A stretch of DNA of 63,426 nt, filler included, from Choristocarpus tenellus KU-1152 (Eukaryota; Protista; Phaeophyceae): NCBI GenBank assembly GCA_964200185.2. It is 9 parts of 9 records of this genome, joined end to end, with 100 filler letters (N's around TTAATTAATTAA, not from the genome) between each part and the next. Parts side by side here need not be neighbours in the genome. Positions count along the whole stretch, not along the records: positions 6,579 to 14,517 come from CAXNAD020005365.1; positions 14,618 to 35,805 come from CAXNAD020000359.1; 7 more parts are not named here. The stretch is one strand, 5' to 3'. This document shows positions 12,101 through 26,700 of the stretch, piece after piece. How positions within the stretch are numbered: the first letter of the stretch is position 1; the number at the start of each line of letters is the position of its first letter. The position numbers were made by a program, and so were the translations under genes. A model generated the notes under the pieces. It was not told where the DNA came from and made no database searches. It saw nothing but the letters and a program-made list of their open reading frames with translations.

Positions 12101-15100
12101 GGTGGAAGCTGAGGAGGGGTCAGAGGGAGTTGGAGCCGGCCAGGTGACAGGGGTTGGGACTGGAGAAGTGGAGGAAACAGGATGATGTTCGCTGAGGAGT
12201 ATACATTGTCCCCTTCAACCCCAGTAAACTGCTTGGATGTCTGGAGTAGTGGGTCCTCTGACTAGAAATCCATTTGTAGTTGGGGTGGGCAGGAGTGTGG
12301 GCAGCAGCCAAACACAAGGTATGTCATTTTGCTTGTCCATTGTGTGGATTAGTTTTTCTTGGGCTGGTAGGTTGGAGGGTTTAAATTGCTGGTAATCAAC
12401 CTTCCTGAGCTGGAGATGATCTCAACTTGCTGTGGGTACCCAATCTCATGACACAGTTTTTTGTCTCGAGAGAATCAGTGTGTTACATTTGTGTCTCCCA
12501 TTGGTTCTTGTTGGCAAACGCGTTGAAAGTGAAGAGTACCTTGAACAACACCTTTGGTCCTGCTGGTCCTCAATCTGAAAATTATATTTCATCTTTGTTG
12601 GGTGTTCTTTTGTGGATAGAAATCGTGTTGATATTCTTGTCAGAGTATGACCATGTATGTAGAGGGGGCATGGCTAGAGCGACTCACAGACAATGAGTCA
12701 ATAGTGAGCATTTTTCTTACGTTTGAACCATTTTCAGAGTGCATCGGTTCAGTTGTCTGCCAATGTAGATAAACAACTGGTCATTTTATAGCCCTATCAA
12801 TGACACGGAAAAAATATAGTGCTGTTCCAGGCAACTACTGCAAGGCATGCCATAAAACGTATTCCTGAACACAAAAAAAGCTTGATGTGTGCTCTGGAAA
12901 CACAAGTCCATGTGTAGCATAGAGTTGCCTCAGAACTTCTTTTTGTTGACACTTCTCAAAACTATACTCTGCAGTTAACAGAATAGACAAACAAGCCCTG
13001 CCTGTCAAGCAGTGTTGATATGATTTTGATACTAGGTTGAACAATTTAGGCTCATTTAGATTGAAGAAACATGCCTGGTATGAATATATATATATATATA
13101 CCCACTGAGAAGTATGTCTAAGAGTGCCAAAAGTATAGCTCGGAAGATTGATTTGTTTGAGGTGGAATGAATGGAAAGGGTTGCACCTGCAGGTCAAAGG
13201 TGGTTGGGAGCCAATAAAGAGGAAGCGACAATGTCAATATAAGGACTACTTGACGATAGTTCTATCTTTCCTCATTGTGCTCACCTTATCTACAATATGA
13301 AATCTCTCTAGGTCAGTTCTGGTCTTGCAGAGTATACACCCATAGCTACATTTTTATTACCACACATATGGAAAACGTTGTCTGTTCACACTTCATCAAA
13401 TCCATAAGGGTATCAGGCAACGCACAATAGTACCAATCATTCCATATTTTTCATTATCATTGTCAACATCCTTATGCATTCAATGATGATATATCTACCA
13501 TGACTGTGGGGTATCACGTTTTCTTTGAAGAACTTTGAAACGTCCTGCCTGCTTCAACTCTTGGGTTCCTATATATATGAACATGGCCAGCTGAATAGCT
13601 TCATCTGGCATCAAACGAAGGGTGTGATCAATCGACATCACCATTGACCTGTGAGGGATGTTTGTCAATTTCCCAAGTGCATATGTAAAATGAAGAGTGC
13701 AATCTTGGTGACTAGTGAACCAGACAGCGCTCTACCTGTTTATACACATGCATGAATGTCATCATTCTGATCTGAGGCTGGCAAGTTATGGTTGGTGGCA
13801 ACACCCTACACTTTTGTTTATTTCCAGTGCCCCAGCTAAGGACATTTCGGGATGTATATTGCAAAGACGGAACAAGTGCCTACTACGAAGTCTACAAATT
13901 ATTTCCATGAGTTTCCAGTTTAGAAATGAGAATAGCCCATGAAGAGGTCCTATTAATTGGAGTGTTACATGGACATGTTTGTCACACAAAGATTACACAT
14001 AAACAATTAAAAAGTATACACCACCTGAAGAAGTTGAGCCCATCATGGAAGAAGGCTTTCCAACTTGTAGTTACTTTGTAAATAAGGCAGGAACATACAA
14101 TGGAGAAGTCCTCTCTTGAACAAATACAAGGTAAGTTAGGAATTGTGCGATAATAGATCAGTAAGCAACTCATGGCACCATCAACTAAATTGGACAACAT
14201 AGAGGAACATACCTTGAACATTATGCATGGGAATGGAAAATCTCTATTCTGAAGAATAATAAAGTGTATGGACATTGACCCCCATTATGCCACCATTTCC
14301 ATCACCCTGTAATGTACAGCGGGTTATATAGTGGCAGTTTCACGAGGTTGTAGACAGAGTCTCCACCCAACCACTCAATGGAGTTACACAGGTTACAAAT
14401 TTGATCCTTATGAATCCTGCCCACCTTCACCTCCCCCCCCCCCACTTCTGCCCTCGCTTGATCCCCGCTTTTTCCTCTTTCGTCGCGGCTTGCCCTCCCC
14501 CCTTTTTTCTTTTCCTTNNNNNNNNNNNNNNNNNNNNNNNNNNNNNNNNNNNNNNNNNNNNTTAATTAATTAANNNNNNNNNNNNNNNNNNNNNNNNNNN
14601 NNNNNNNNNNNNNNNNNCCCTGGGGCCCCGTCTGTCCTTATACCTTTGGCTTGGTCGAGGTCGCTTCCAAATCGTAGCGGTGCCCTCCACAAGCACCGAA
14701 ATATTTTTGAACAAAAATATATCCCATTCAAAAAGGGGTCCTTAAAACGTGCTGCAACATTTACAAAAAGAAACATATGGGCACTTTCCGCGGACCATTT
14801 TGTGTCAAACCTATCCTCCATAGTATGCTCCATCCTCAATTTTGATGAGAGGCTGTTAATAGGAAGAATATATTCTGGAAGGAGAATATGACTTACTATG
14901 CACACGAACCGTACAAGCCACATACAATAGCGATACCATATAGAGGTCGAAAATGGACAATGTACATGTAACACATATTCGTGGGGGGGGGGTTATAATC
15001 AAACGAAAATGCTAGACATTTTCATTTGCGACACATACCAATACTAAGTTTCACTATACTTCCGTCCTAGTGGTCCTGTAACAAACACATGGAACAAAAA

Positions 15101-15467
15101 AAGTTGTATGTTGTAGCTCTATATAATTATATAGTGAGTATAAAGTACGTATGTGTACAATTGCTGTTTTCTGGAATACACCGAACTACTGTACTCCGCC
15201 AGATGTTCCTGATGGAAAGTTCATTTTGTCGCTGGAGACAGTAAGAGGAGTCCATGTCCGTACGTTTTTCTCTTTTGTTCTCCGAAGAGTTGAACGCATG
15301 AGGACTACACTAAAGTCATAGAAATAGATTGTTACATTTTTTTTCATTTGGCAGAATTCATCATATGGAATTCCTCATTTTGCAACAAATTTCTTTTGAT
15401 CAAGGAACAGGCATTACCACAGTGCATTGATACAATTGTGAATTCCATTTGAACGAAACACACAAAT

Positions 15468-15657
15468 AACCCAAAGTATCTGGGGGCGGAGGGGGGGGGG
15501 AGGGGTTCTACACCAGGGTGTCCATTTGGGTCGAAATCAGGAAAAGTGTATTTACATTATCCATCCATAGTATGCAACCAAATCACACAAAAACCGCGAC
15601 ATGAAAAAATTGACTCCAAATGGACAGCCGCCACACACACCCCAGATACTTTGAGCC
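15468..15657 (-). mobile_element. MITE family B
   Basis: CCAAAGTATCTGGGGG ... CCCCAGATACTTTGAGCC; internal sequence matches 2120-2296. Partial ends also at 43598-43636, 56902-56965, 57066-57083 and 63389-63426. Confidence 0.75.
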
Positions 15658-17784
15658 TTTCACAACTAACCGTCCCTCTGACTCCAAAGTCCTTGCCTTG
15701 TTTCATCACCTAACATGTCAGACCCTTTCAACACTAATTACTGCAAAAAAATGTGTTCTTGACACCGTTGCATATTCTGCCCTGGACTTCATCAATATAC
15801 TACTTTGTACAATGTAACACTACACACATCACTCTGTTCTTACTGCAACTGCAATGTATGTATTGCATTCAACTTGCGACCAGTGTCTTCGAGCAGTACC
15901 TTTCTGTGTATCTCCACTCAACATACATGGAAAACAAAACGATAGGTTATGAGGCCATGGCATCTTAACCTCTCAAAAGCTACAGTCCTAATTGGAACAT
16001 ACAAAGAATACAGGTGATTATAATGTCGGACCACACTAAAACTACTACCTGTAAATAACATGAAGAAGGTGTGCCCATGACCCCCTGCATTAACAAAAGA
16101 GAGAGTGAGAGAGAGGGAGAGATGGAGGAAGACTTAACTCACACACACACACACAAACAAGCCAAGCAACAGTGGGGTGTGTGCCTGACTTCCACAAAAA
16201 TCTGCACAAAATTTATGTATGTATGCGTATTTCAATGTAGCACTCGTCACAAGAAACACACAGTAGCATACGCACAGTGGAGCCAAAAACAAATTATCCC
16301 TGTATGCATGGTTAACCCACAGCGTAATATCTACAAAATTGGGTGCTCATCATGTCATCACCCCAACCCCCCTTCCATCTCACCCTCGCCAACCTTTGAT
16401 CCCTGTTTCCGTGTTACATCAACCAGCTCCAAGTTTCAGCCATGGTCACGATTAAATCAAGACCACAGCTGACCGAATTTGTCTGCTTCACAAATCAACT
16501 CCTTACTTAACCTAACGACTACTTACTCTGCAGTACTATATATATCTACACTCATTTTCCTATTCCTCCTTATGCCCACAAGGGTCATCAAGTCTCACAC
16601 CCTGACATATGGGGTACTTTGCTCGCCTTTTGTCATACAGCCCAAAGGTCTCAACATCAATGCTAAAGTACAGTTGTCAGCAACTAGCACAATAGTACAA
16701 TGGCATTAATACTGGTTGATCCAAAATCTACACAGATAGGAAGGTGGAGGCTAGATCTTTGAGAAGGCAAAAAGGTGTATCTATACAAAAAGCGATACCA
16801 ACGAACAAGTATTGAGCAAAAAATGTTCACAAATGCCAGCACACCGAATCTATATATCCAAACCTGGAAACACACCTACCCTCTGTACAAATACATCAGT
16901 GCTCATGAACATGCACACACAAAGAATGATGCACACTTACACCAAAATGTACTACTATGGTGGTATGTAAAAACAAGACAAAACCTGGGCTGCAGTTGTG
17001 CAAACCGAAGAAATAAACTGACAAACCAAAATCTTCAAAAAATGGAATATACTGTGTGTCCAAGTCCATCCCGACCAGACGGGGTAGGAGGGGAGGTGAG
17101 AGTATAGTTGGGATAGGAGTAGAAGAAGTGAGGCTTCAAACTTGCAACAACAGCATGGGGGGAATTGGGCAAGTGCTATGTCCTGACAAAAAAGCTACCA
17201 CAGGTAGAATCCTCCCACCAGTGGAAAGTTTAGTCATCCTCTCCACCACCCCACTCTCTCCCAACCCCCAACTTCCTTCGCCTTCCCACTTCCACGCCTC
17301 ACGGCTATAATAATGTTCACAAATCTTCCCCTCGACCTGCTTGTACCCCCATTTTCTCGTCCCCACTCTACCCACCTCCAAAGGTAGGGTTACACTGAAA
17401 GACCAATTGGAAAAGGATACAAACAGGAAAATGAATACTATGATTGCATGTGGTACACACTAGGGCAGGCTCTCATGTGTCCTTTCCAGGGCCATAACCA
17501 CTACCTTCAAGCACACTTCACGAATACTCCCCTTCAATGACCACCTTCCCCCAACCCCAGCATATCACCTCTTCTACACACCCATGCTTCACCCACCTCC
17601 CTCGCTTCTCACCAGGAAGGGTAACCAGATACACACAATCCATCCCCAAGCCGCCACCCCCCATCATGACTCCATCATCTCTGTCCCCATAGCATTTCCT
17701 GTTGTGCATCACTCATCACTCCCTAGGAAAATATCGCAAGGAGCATCAAGAGAATCAGGGATGCCATTCATCCTCTTTCTTACT

Positions 17785-20700
17785 TCAAGAGAATCCGACA
17801 CTAGATGAGGCAGCAGCAAGTTCTCTGCTACGATTCACACCATGCACTCTGTTAGTTCCACTGCCAACATATGGAACCACCCCAGTCCCTGGGGCTGGGG
17901 TGTTGAGGGGTGTATTGGGTCCCCCCCACCATGGGGTTGTTGCCTTTGATGCAAGGTAGGCCTGACCCTGTTCGTCCTGACATTGGTTCAAAAGGGTGGG
18001 TAGTTACAGTGAGTGAAGGGGGGGCACAATAGTGGTCGGGGAAATAGATAGAGGTAACCGAAGGCAAAGGGAAGTTAGGTTAGGTGGGGCAATGGACGTA
18101 AGTGGAGAATGGGAGAGGGGTGCAACTGTTGCTTTATTCCTGTTGAAAATTTCTACGTCCAACACATATGAGTTCTGTGGAAAAGCACTAACTCCTACAA
18201 CAATAATGACCTAAACATCAACGCAGAGACTCATACTTGCATCACAAGACCATTGTTCATGTACCAATAATGCCTGAATAGACAGCAGTGTAAACATCTG
18301 GATATTTATCCTCTTGGACAAGCACCTGTCATGGTCCTGATAATCAGCACGAATCACACCCTTTGCAGCACAGGTCGAAACACAAATTAGGACAACAACA
18401 TAAGGGGTGGCAGCACTCCATGGTGCTCATCCAAGGGGCATCCACCACAAATGACAGCTCTATCAACTACTAGCAATGAGTTTCAACCTTCGCAACTACA
18501 AGAAGACCTGCCCGTGATAATAAACTCCACCCCCACGCCAAAGCCTCTTGAAAGACTAGGAAAACAGAACAATTCTTGCAACAAAATCGAAAAGAGAGAG
18601 GTGGGGGCAGGGGACAAAATCGTTTTCATACCAAGTTACAACATGGCAACCATGATCTCCAAATCAAATTTTCTCCATCCCCACCCACACTCCCACCCCT
18701 CGCCCCACCCCTAAAAAAAAATTACCTCCTCTACATTGTCTCCACTCTTGCTCCGCAACTTAGTCTCGATCAGTTGTCCACACCCCCACCCTCGCCCTCG
18801 CCACAGCCATCTCTGCACCCATGCATTTGGGAGGAGGAACCGCATTGATCTCCCAAGCACCGCCAGGCATAGCCTGTAGAACACAGCAGCAATTGCCATT
18901 GCCACTACAACTGGGAGGGAGGTCAAAAAGATCACGGGAATGGCTAGAGGGACCATAAGTAGTTGAAGGAGGGCCACAGCAGTTCCCTCCAGCGTTGTGC
19001 CTCTTGTATCCAGAGTACGCCAAGCAGGGAATCCCCGTCCATCAGAGGGAAAGCTCTGTGTCAAATCCGGGGGAGGGGGGGAGGGGGGAGAGAGAGGTAG
19101 GAGGTACTGGGAAGTATACCATTAAAATCAGAACTAGTAGCATATGTATATGGTAGCAAAGGCTGCCTGTGGTTGAATATGAGGGGTAGCGTAAGGTGAT
19201 GACTCTAAGCACAACTGGAACAGTCGAAAGAATCATCTGAAACGGGAATGCATCAGGAGTATAGAGAGGGCGCAGCAAAAATTCAAACTTAAGAGTGCTT
19301 AGTCCTCAACAGAATCATTTGTACAAATGCTACATCTCAGACGAAGGATATTAAGACAACAACAGTCAAGGAAATGCCCAGCATGCAAGTGTGAAACTCA
19401 CCCAGGGGGAGGGGATGGGGATATCAGAGGTGCAATAAGGTAATCTTTGCCAATACAAAGAAGAAAAAGCAAAATCACCTGCTTCTTGGCAAAGTGTGCA
19501 AGGAGGCACTCCTTTTCAGCCCAACGATCGTCCAGCCAGTTCGGATTCCCCAAAACCTCCTCCAAGCTATACCTGAAAATATGTATGTCCGCGTACGCCT
19601 TTGTGTATGTGTGTGTGCAATGCTGAGGGGGATAGAAAGGATAAGAAGGACAGAGGATGCACAATTGTGCCCCAAAAAACTTGTTTCAATATATAGGGCC
19701 AATATCCTCCAATTCAACACAGCAAAGTAACCTCTCAAGCAACAATGGACTGGCCAGCATTTCCACCAAGAAACAACTCAATACCACTGTTATCGCCCTC
19801 TCCCAATGTTCACCCCTAATAAAGCCTCCCCTTTGCTGCATTTGCACACGTATGCCTGAATCTCATCTCATGCCCAAAACTTCACCTCTTCATCCGCGCA
19901 TGTATGACCTGGCAGCCCTGTCCCCACTTGGTCTCCTCGCCACCCTTGCCTCGCCAACTTTCCAATTGCTCACCATTACCAGCACTTCCCAACCATCCCC
20001 AACCAAAAACATCTCTTGAGTCTCCAGTTGGACTTGCTGCCTCCCCAGCACACATCTCGTCAAGGCCGGCATCACCTCCACGTTTGCCCAATACCCCCAA
20101 CCCCCCTTCAACTCTGTTCACATCTCTCCTGTTACCTGTTACCAATCCCCAAAGAACCTGAGAGGTGTGGGCAAGAGGGTGATAAACAATTCAAACCCAT
20201 CAACAAGAGATGGGGGTGAAAATGTTGAAGCGTAAGAGGTGGGGAGGGGCACATAGTCATCATGGCAGATCGGTGGGTAAGGGAATCAGAGGGTTGGAGT
20301 TAGGTAAGAGGGTGGTGACCAGTTACTCCTCCCTCATACTGTATTCAAGCTAAAAGAGAAAATGCTGCAGGTGGGGAGTGGGAGGGGGGAAGGGGAGCAA
20401 GGCACAGAAGGGACAGGAACTATGCAAGATCCTCAGAGGCAAGGGATAAAAACATTCGCCAGTAGGCACATTGATTCGACCACCACCACACCCCAAGAAC
20501 CTTCCAAAATGGAAACACCTTCTCATGAACAGCTCACCACATACCAGGATGAAGGTGCTGTGGGCACTCAATTGGCAGCAGGGTGAGAGGAAATGCAATG
20601 CCTCAAGGGCTAAATGTACAAGGTGAGGATGGGGAGCAGGTGGCAGGGGAGGTTTGGCATAGCGACTAACAAACCCATGTCTGTATAGGTTGGGAGAGTA

Positions 20701-23700
20701 TGGAGGGCTCTACTCAAGGGGCGCCCTGGCATGGTAGGAGTTGCAAATAAGGAAAGGAGCTAGCTTCTCACATCCCAGTTGCTGGGTGGCTTCACGCACA
20801 GAATCTCCCCAGTGTACCCTGCAGCAGCAAGGGTCATGTCGTACACAATAGGTTTTGCAGGCAGAAGGCCATCGAGGCAAGCAGAGAGTGCCGTTGTATG
20901 GGGCAGAAGGAGGCGCATAAGCTCTGGTCGTCCCTGATAGATGCCACAAGGGATGGGAATTGAAAATCAAAGTAGGGAGGGATCACAGAGCAGTCTACAC
21001 AAAGGGGGAGGGGGGGGTGGAGATGCACATGAAGGAACTGTTGTGACAATGCTTGTACTTGAACAACGTGTGAAGGTGGTCTGATGAGTGTGCGTGTTGC
21101 CTGTATCTTGTGTATACTTGTACATGGCAAAGAGTTGGGTGAGCGGGCTTGTTGGTGTGCAACAAGGGGAAACTCAGAAACAACAATGTGACACTCTCTT
21201 ACCAGAACTACACGCCTTCCACACGCCTACAGCTATCATACTTAGGTAACGCTAAAGGCCTTAGAAGACACTTGAAAGCCCTTACTCTAACCTCAACCCT
21301 AACCCTCACAAAGCTGTCATATCCACTGTACATGCGCAAAGGATAGAACTTGCACTCCTCCACCCTTTAGCCTTGTGATCACACCAAAACATAGTAAGAG
21401 AATGGGGCACAATGCCAATGAGTTTTCTCATTAATTTTCTAGAAGTTGTAACTATATTATAGCTCCATCTCTGGCTGATCTCTTTGTGCGTACAACAGTA
21501 ATTTCAGGTATAAATTTTATTTCCTCTCAGTACTGGAGTCTTGCTGATACCCGTGGCAAGTCATATAGGCCAATTGTTGATTAAGATATCTCACCTACTT
21601 CCACAAGTCAAACTAAACTACCCAGATGTCATTCAGTCCCTCCTCAACACTCTACTGGACTACCCTATAAATCTCCTTCCCTCCGCCCCAGACTCTTCCC
21701 CCTTCATCTGACCCCTGTTCCACTCCCTCTCTCACAGACAAAACCAGAGGTGTAAGCACAACATCCCACCAAATATTATAAAGGCCTGAAAACAGCAGCA
21801 GCAAATCCAGTGTTCTATTCCAAGTATCGCAAGACATGTAATAGTAGTAGTAGTAATAATAATAATAACAATAGTAAAATAACAATTTTCAAAATATGAC
21901 GAGCCATTCAAATAATCAAGTCACTAACGTGCCCCACCCCTTTCAATAACGAGCACATTGGGGTGAGAAGAGGCCAAAGCATGCATGCAGCTACAAGAGC
22001 AAATATACAGACCTCTCGCTGAGCAAAATGAAGAGAGTTGGAAAGCGAATCTTGACTGAGTGTTTCTCCCTCTGGGAAGTGCAGGAACAGGTATGGCGCC
22101 ACAGAAGGTCTGGCAGAAGCTGCATCCTGAGCAAAGGAGCTCAGCCGCTGCTTGAGGAGGTCCCGACCACCCTGCTCAGACAACATTACCAGCACAGGTT
22201 TGGGGGGACGGGGGGGGGGAGGATCAAACCTAACAGTAAAGATCGACGCCATCATAACGAGTAGCTAATATCTAATACAGTACTTTGGAGTACTCTAATA
22301 CTACTAGTATACAGGGCTAACTCTTCAGAACTAACTCTTCTAGTGCACCCTAACCCTAACCAAAGGAATTGTGCGGGCACTTAACACTATTATTTGAGCA
22401 GAATTATCCATCCATCCCCTTCTTACTATCACTGCACAAAAAATGCCAAGGAATCAGTAAATTGGACGGATGGACGAACGGAAGTTTGGATGGACGGGTG
22501 GATGGACAAATCAAGTCAGGAAAGGACTACACAACAGCATATCTGCTCTACATGTACAAACCTGATAGCACGGGCCAATCCCTGGGAATTCCAGCAACTT
22601 CAGCAACCAACCAAGAATAGGTGTCTGAATCAACCTCTCACTCACCATGACCTGCTTAGTTGCAAAAGGGAAGGTTGACAAACACCAGTGGGGGGTAGAA
22701 GAAAGTAGGTAAGGGAGCAAAGAAATATTCTCTGCAAGGCAAACTTGCCAATGGATTTCTCTTTAAAAAAGAAAGTTTGAGTGAGGAAGACATGGACACG
22801 GTGATCAAAACCTTGTCAGGACACTATGTTGGGTGGCAGAGAAATAGAGCAACATGTGAATTTCAAGTACATAGAGGGTGTACAACCACTCTTATAGCAG
22901 GCACTGGGAGGTGCAATATGAGAAATTGGGCACTACCAAATACATGGCAGAACTGGAGATATATGGTAGTGCATCTTTTCAACGAATTTGGTCATGGTTA
23001 GGTCAATAGAGAGAGGTTATGCTGTACTCTGAAGTACTCACCATAAAAGAACCAGTATGTTCTGCCCATCATAAAGCAGGTAAAATACCACTTCCGGAAC
23101 AAAATAACAATAAAGAAAGGGGACAAAGAGCCACCCTCAGGCCACTCCACTCACAACAAACAGTATCAAGTCTCTAGCGTCTTGCTCTCTCTACTCTTGT
23201 CGCCCTGCTTGTTATTTGCAGTTTGAGTACTTCACACTGTACACGGCAGAACCAGAGTCATGCAACCACAAAACCATACTAGCCATGAAATTTTTATTCA
23301 AGGAGGACAAATTCCCTGAGACACAGGCGAAGAGGAGCACGAAACAAGGAAAAATCCACATAGGTGTGCAACACCCTGTGGCAACACTCCCACCCAGGGT
23401 ATGTAAGGCAATCCCCCAGCGCAAACAAAGCTTGCCTACATGTGACATCACCTACGGTGGTAAGTCCCACAATCCGTGGGGGATGCACATCACACCACTT
23501 CTTCAATCCCATGCAACAATCAAGCAGCACCCATGTCCTCCTCACTGCCACCCTTCATAAGGGTTCAGCCTTTCCACCACTCCTGCACTCACCTTGGTGT
23601 ACCCATGGGCACCAACCAGCCTCGTCACCATCAGCACAGCCCACCAGTCTAGTCCCGTGGTCTTTGGACCCCCAAGTTTGTTCGAGACAATCACGCCCGG

Positions 23701-26700
23701 GCTCAACCCGTCGAGCATATCGCTAACACATATTTTTGCGAACAGGCAAGCAGGTTGAAGTACAAGGAGGCATTTGTACTAGTGAGGATAAATACATTGG
23801 GGGAAGTATGACAAACGGTCCATTTCTGAAACAAAACAAAGCAGCAACACAGACTGTCGTTTTCCCAGTCTGATTGGTCGGATGTTGTTGGTTGGGAAGC
23901 CATGTCAAACCATGGACAAAAGGCATGACATGCTAGACATACACGAGGAGCCTAAGCTGGGTACCTGTCTCCTGTGACCCTGACAATTGTGCGTGGGAGG
24001 AGAATAGCAGCAGCATCTACCAGGGGAGCCGCCATATAGGAGCACAGAAGACGCCTGTATGTCAATTGACTCCATGGTCGTACCTGGTACAAATATAACG
24101 ATATTGTTGTCACAGATGCCACGAGATGAAAACACAAGGAAAGGACGGGACAAGTGGGAAGGGAGCAGTGAAGTAAATATAGAAGTGACAGAGTCGGTGG
24201 AACGGTATGACTCTGAAATAAGCTGTGCTGATGTGTACAATCATATAAATACGGTGTGAAGTACCAAGTATATTTTTATTATTACGCCCTCTTGACATTT
24301 TGCATATGTGTCGGGGGGAAAGCCAATGAAGAACCATTCAAATGTCAGAACAACCCCTAAAAGAGTAACAACTGTCGTAAATGTGAAAGACATTTTTCTG
24401 TCATCTATTTACAATGTTACTACCAGCTATGCTACACCACTGTCTTCCTGTGTCTCCAACCTAGCTTTGTCCTGCACCCCAGGGTGAGGAGCTAGGGAAG
24501 CATCCCAAGAATCTAACAAGCCCCTCCTTGGCCATCTCCCCGGTGTCTCCAGCTTAAAGTGCATGACACATCCAGATAGAACTACTTGTGTTGTGACAGA
24601 CACTATCTGTCGTTTGAGTATATTCTGCCATCAGTGGATGTGTATATTGGAGGTATACCCTTTAACATCATATCTATCTGCCAATCTACCCCAAATATCT
24701 GGTTAGTGGTAAACTCCGATCTGTCCTCAAAATCAACGCAATGATGATTTATTGCCCACATGTGCTTGCCGGAAGGGAGCAGTTAGACTCTTCATACTGA
24801 AAGTATAATAGTGGTGTGGTGTGATCAACATATCTTGGACATTGATATCAATAATTCCTCTTAAAAGAAATTTAGCGTGGGTCAGGGAGTAACTCTAATA
24901 ACAACGCACACAGACACAAATATCGATTGTGAGCAAGGCGTCTACAGGGTTAGGGCTGAATGGTTTCCCTACATTCCCAAGTACTGATAGATTAGGTCTT
25001 GGGTGCGATATTGTAACTAAAGGTTAAAGGCTGTGGATTCTGGTGACATGAATGATGGTGATGGCCTTGAGGCTATCACTTACATGGTACTCAAGAGTAT
25101 ACAAAATATAGACGCCTTCAAAATTGCCAATATGTACACGATTTATCTCAGGCTGTATGTGGCTATATCATAGTCTGATTTTTACCTGGCATCAGGGAGG
25201 CAGTACACATGTGTGGATATAATGACTGACAGTATCCAACCAATCCTTTTAAATGTAATTTTTTTTATATTTTTGTTGATGTACAATATGTATCAAAATC
25301 AAAATGAAAGCACATGAAAAATCCCCCAAACAGCAGATTCATCGCACACACTATTTACCTACAACCAACAGGCAAGATTCAGTGCAGCAGTGATACAAAG
25401 CTTCAAAGTATATTCCTCCAAGCAGGGCATAGCAACACACAAATGGAGTCACCCCTTTGCAAGTTATGGTGCCCTACTGTACGGCCTGCAGATGATACGA
25501 CATTCAACACCATAATCCAAACACAAGACAACATCTGTAACCTTCTTGTTCTGGATACTGCTGGCAAGGACAAGCACCTCTCAACTCAAAGTGAGTGATC
25601 TGGCTCACGACTGCTTACTTTACTTACTTCTCCAGAGTACACCAATCTACACATAGAATGTTTGGGACCATGACATACAACCAACACAATTTTGTGAGGC
25701 TACTGTAAGCCTGTCGAAAGGAGCCACTGCTTCACCTTGTACAAGAGCATGTTATCTTGTGCTATGCAGAGATTTTTCATAGCATTACACAAGGAAACCA
25801 ACACATTGCAGTAGCGCTGAAATAGTATTACCTCTGATACCACATTACTCTCAATCGAATGCATGCAGTACGCACAACTTCCAGGGCCAGCGACAAGATC
25901 CTCCCTGTGAAACGCATGCAACTAGGCCAACAGACAATTGTATGTGACAAAAGTCTCATGACACTATCACTACATTGATTGTCTGCGGCAGGGTGACGGT
26001 ACTGTAGATGTGCTATAATATTCAGACAACTGTACCAAAAATAAACCAATCTCTTTAATAAAGTGTGCTAAGGCAACACTCTGCTACGATATCAAAGAAG
26101 TAGAACCAACGTAAGTAGAGCTAAGAGGTACCTGCAGGAGTGAAAATAATCATATTCAAGATACAGACAAGTTCTGGAATGCCAGTACACCATTAAGCCA
26201 TCCGTGTGCTGTCCATGCATGTTACACTGGGGACCTTGTCCTGCGAGAAATGCAGCACGGCACAGTGCCATGTTGTGTAGCTTGGAGGACACAGACTTGA
26301 GTTAATAAAAGCAAAGTGGAGGATTCAAATCCTCCATGAGGAGTACGTTCTTTCGAGAATAGTAAAGTAGGAGACAGACAGCAGAAAAAGCCCAACTGGG
26401 ATGCCCCTTCACAGGTAATGGGAGAACCAGATAGAGTTGGCTGACCCTGTAGAATGTCTCGACCTAGTCTTGAACAAGCAGGTGGGGACACCGGCCCTGA
26501 TTAGGCAGTCTTGGAAATGGAGGGATATAAGAACCCTTGAATCTTGTTCGCATAGACTCAGGAGCATATCCATCAAGCAATGCAACTCACGGTTGTAATG
26601 TGTTCCTTCTCAGTTTACATGTACCATTGTACAGCATTGTTTGAGCACGGCATCAGGATAACAGGGAAAATACACTACAAGTGATCCACAAGCAGTGAAA

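Noticed and set aside
10974-12185. ORFs of 172 and 228 aa
   Set aside because: No recognisable domain or spliceable model; possibly decayed TE sequence.
12500-13700. Decayed non-LTR reverse transcriptase on the minus strand
   Set aside because: Only vague resemblance; no QGD or YxDD motif found.
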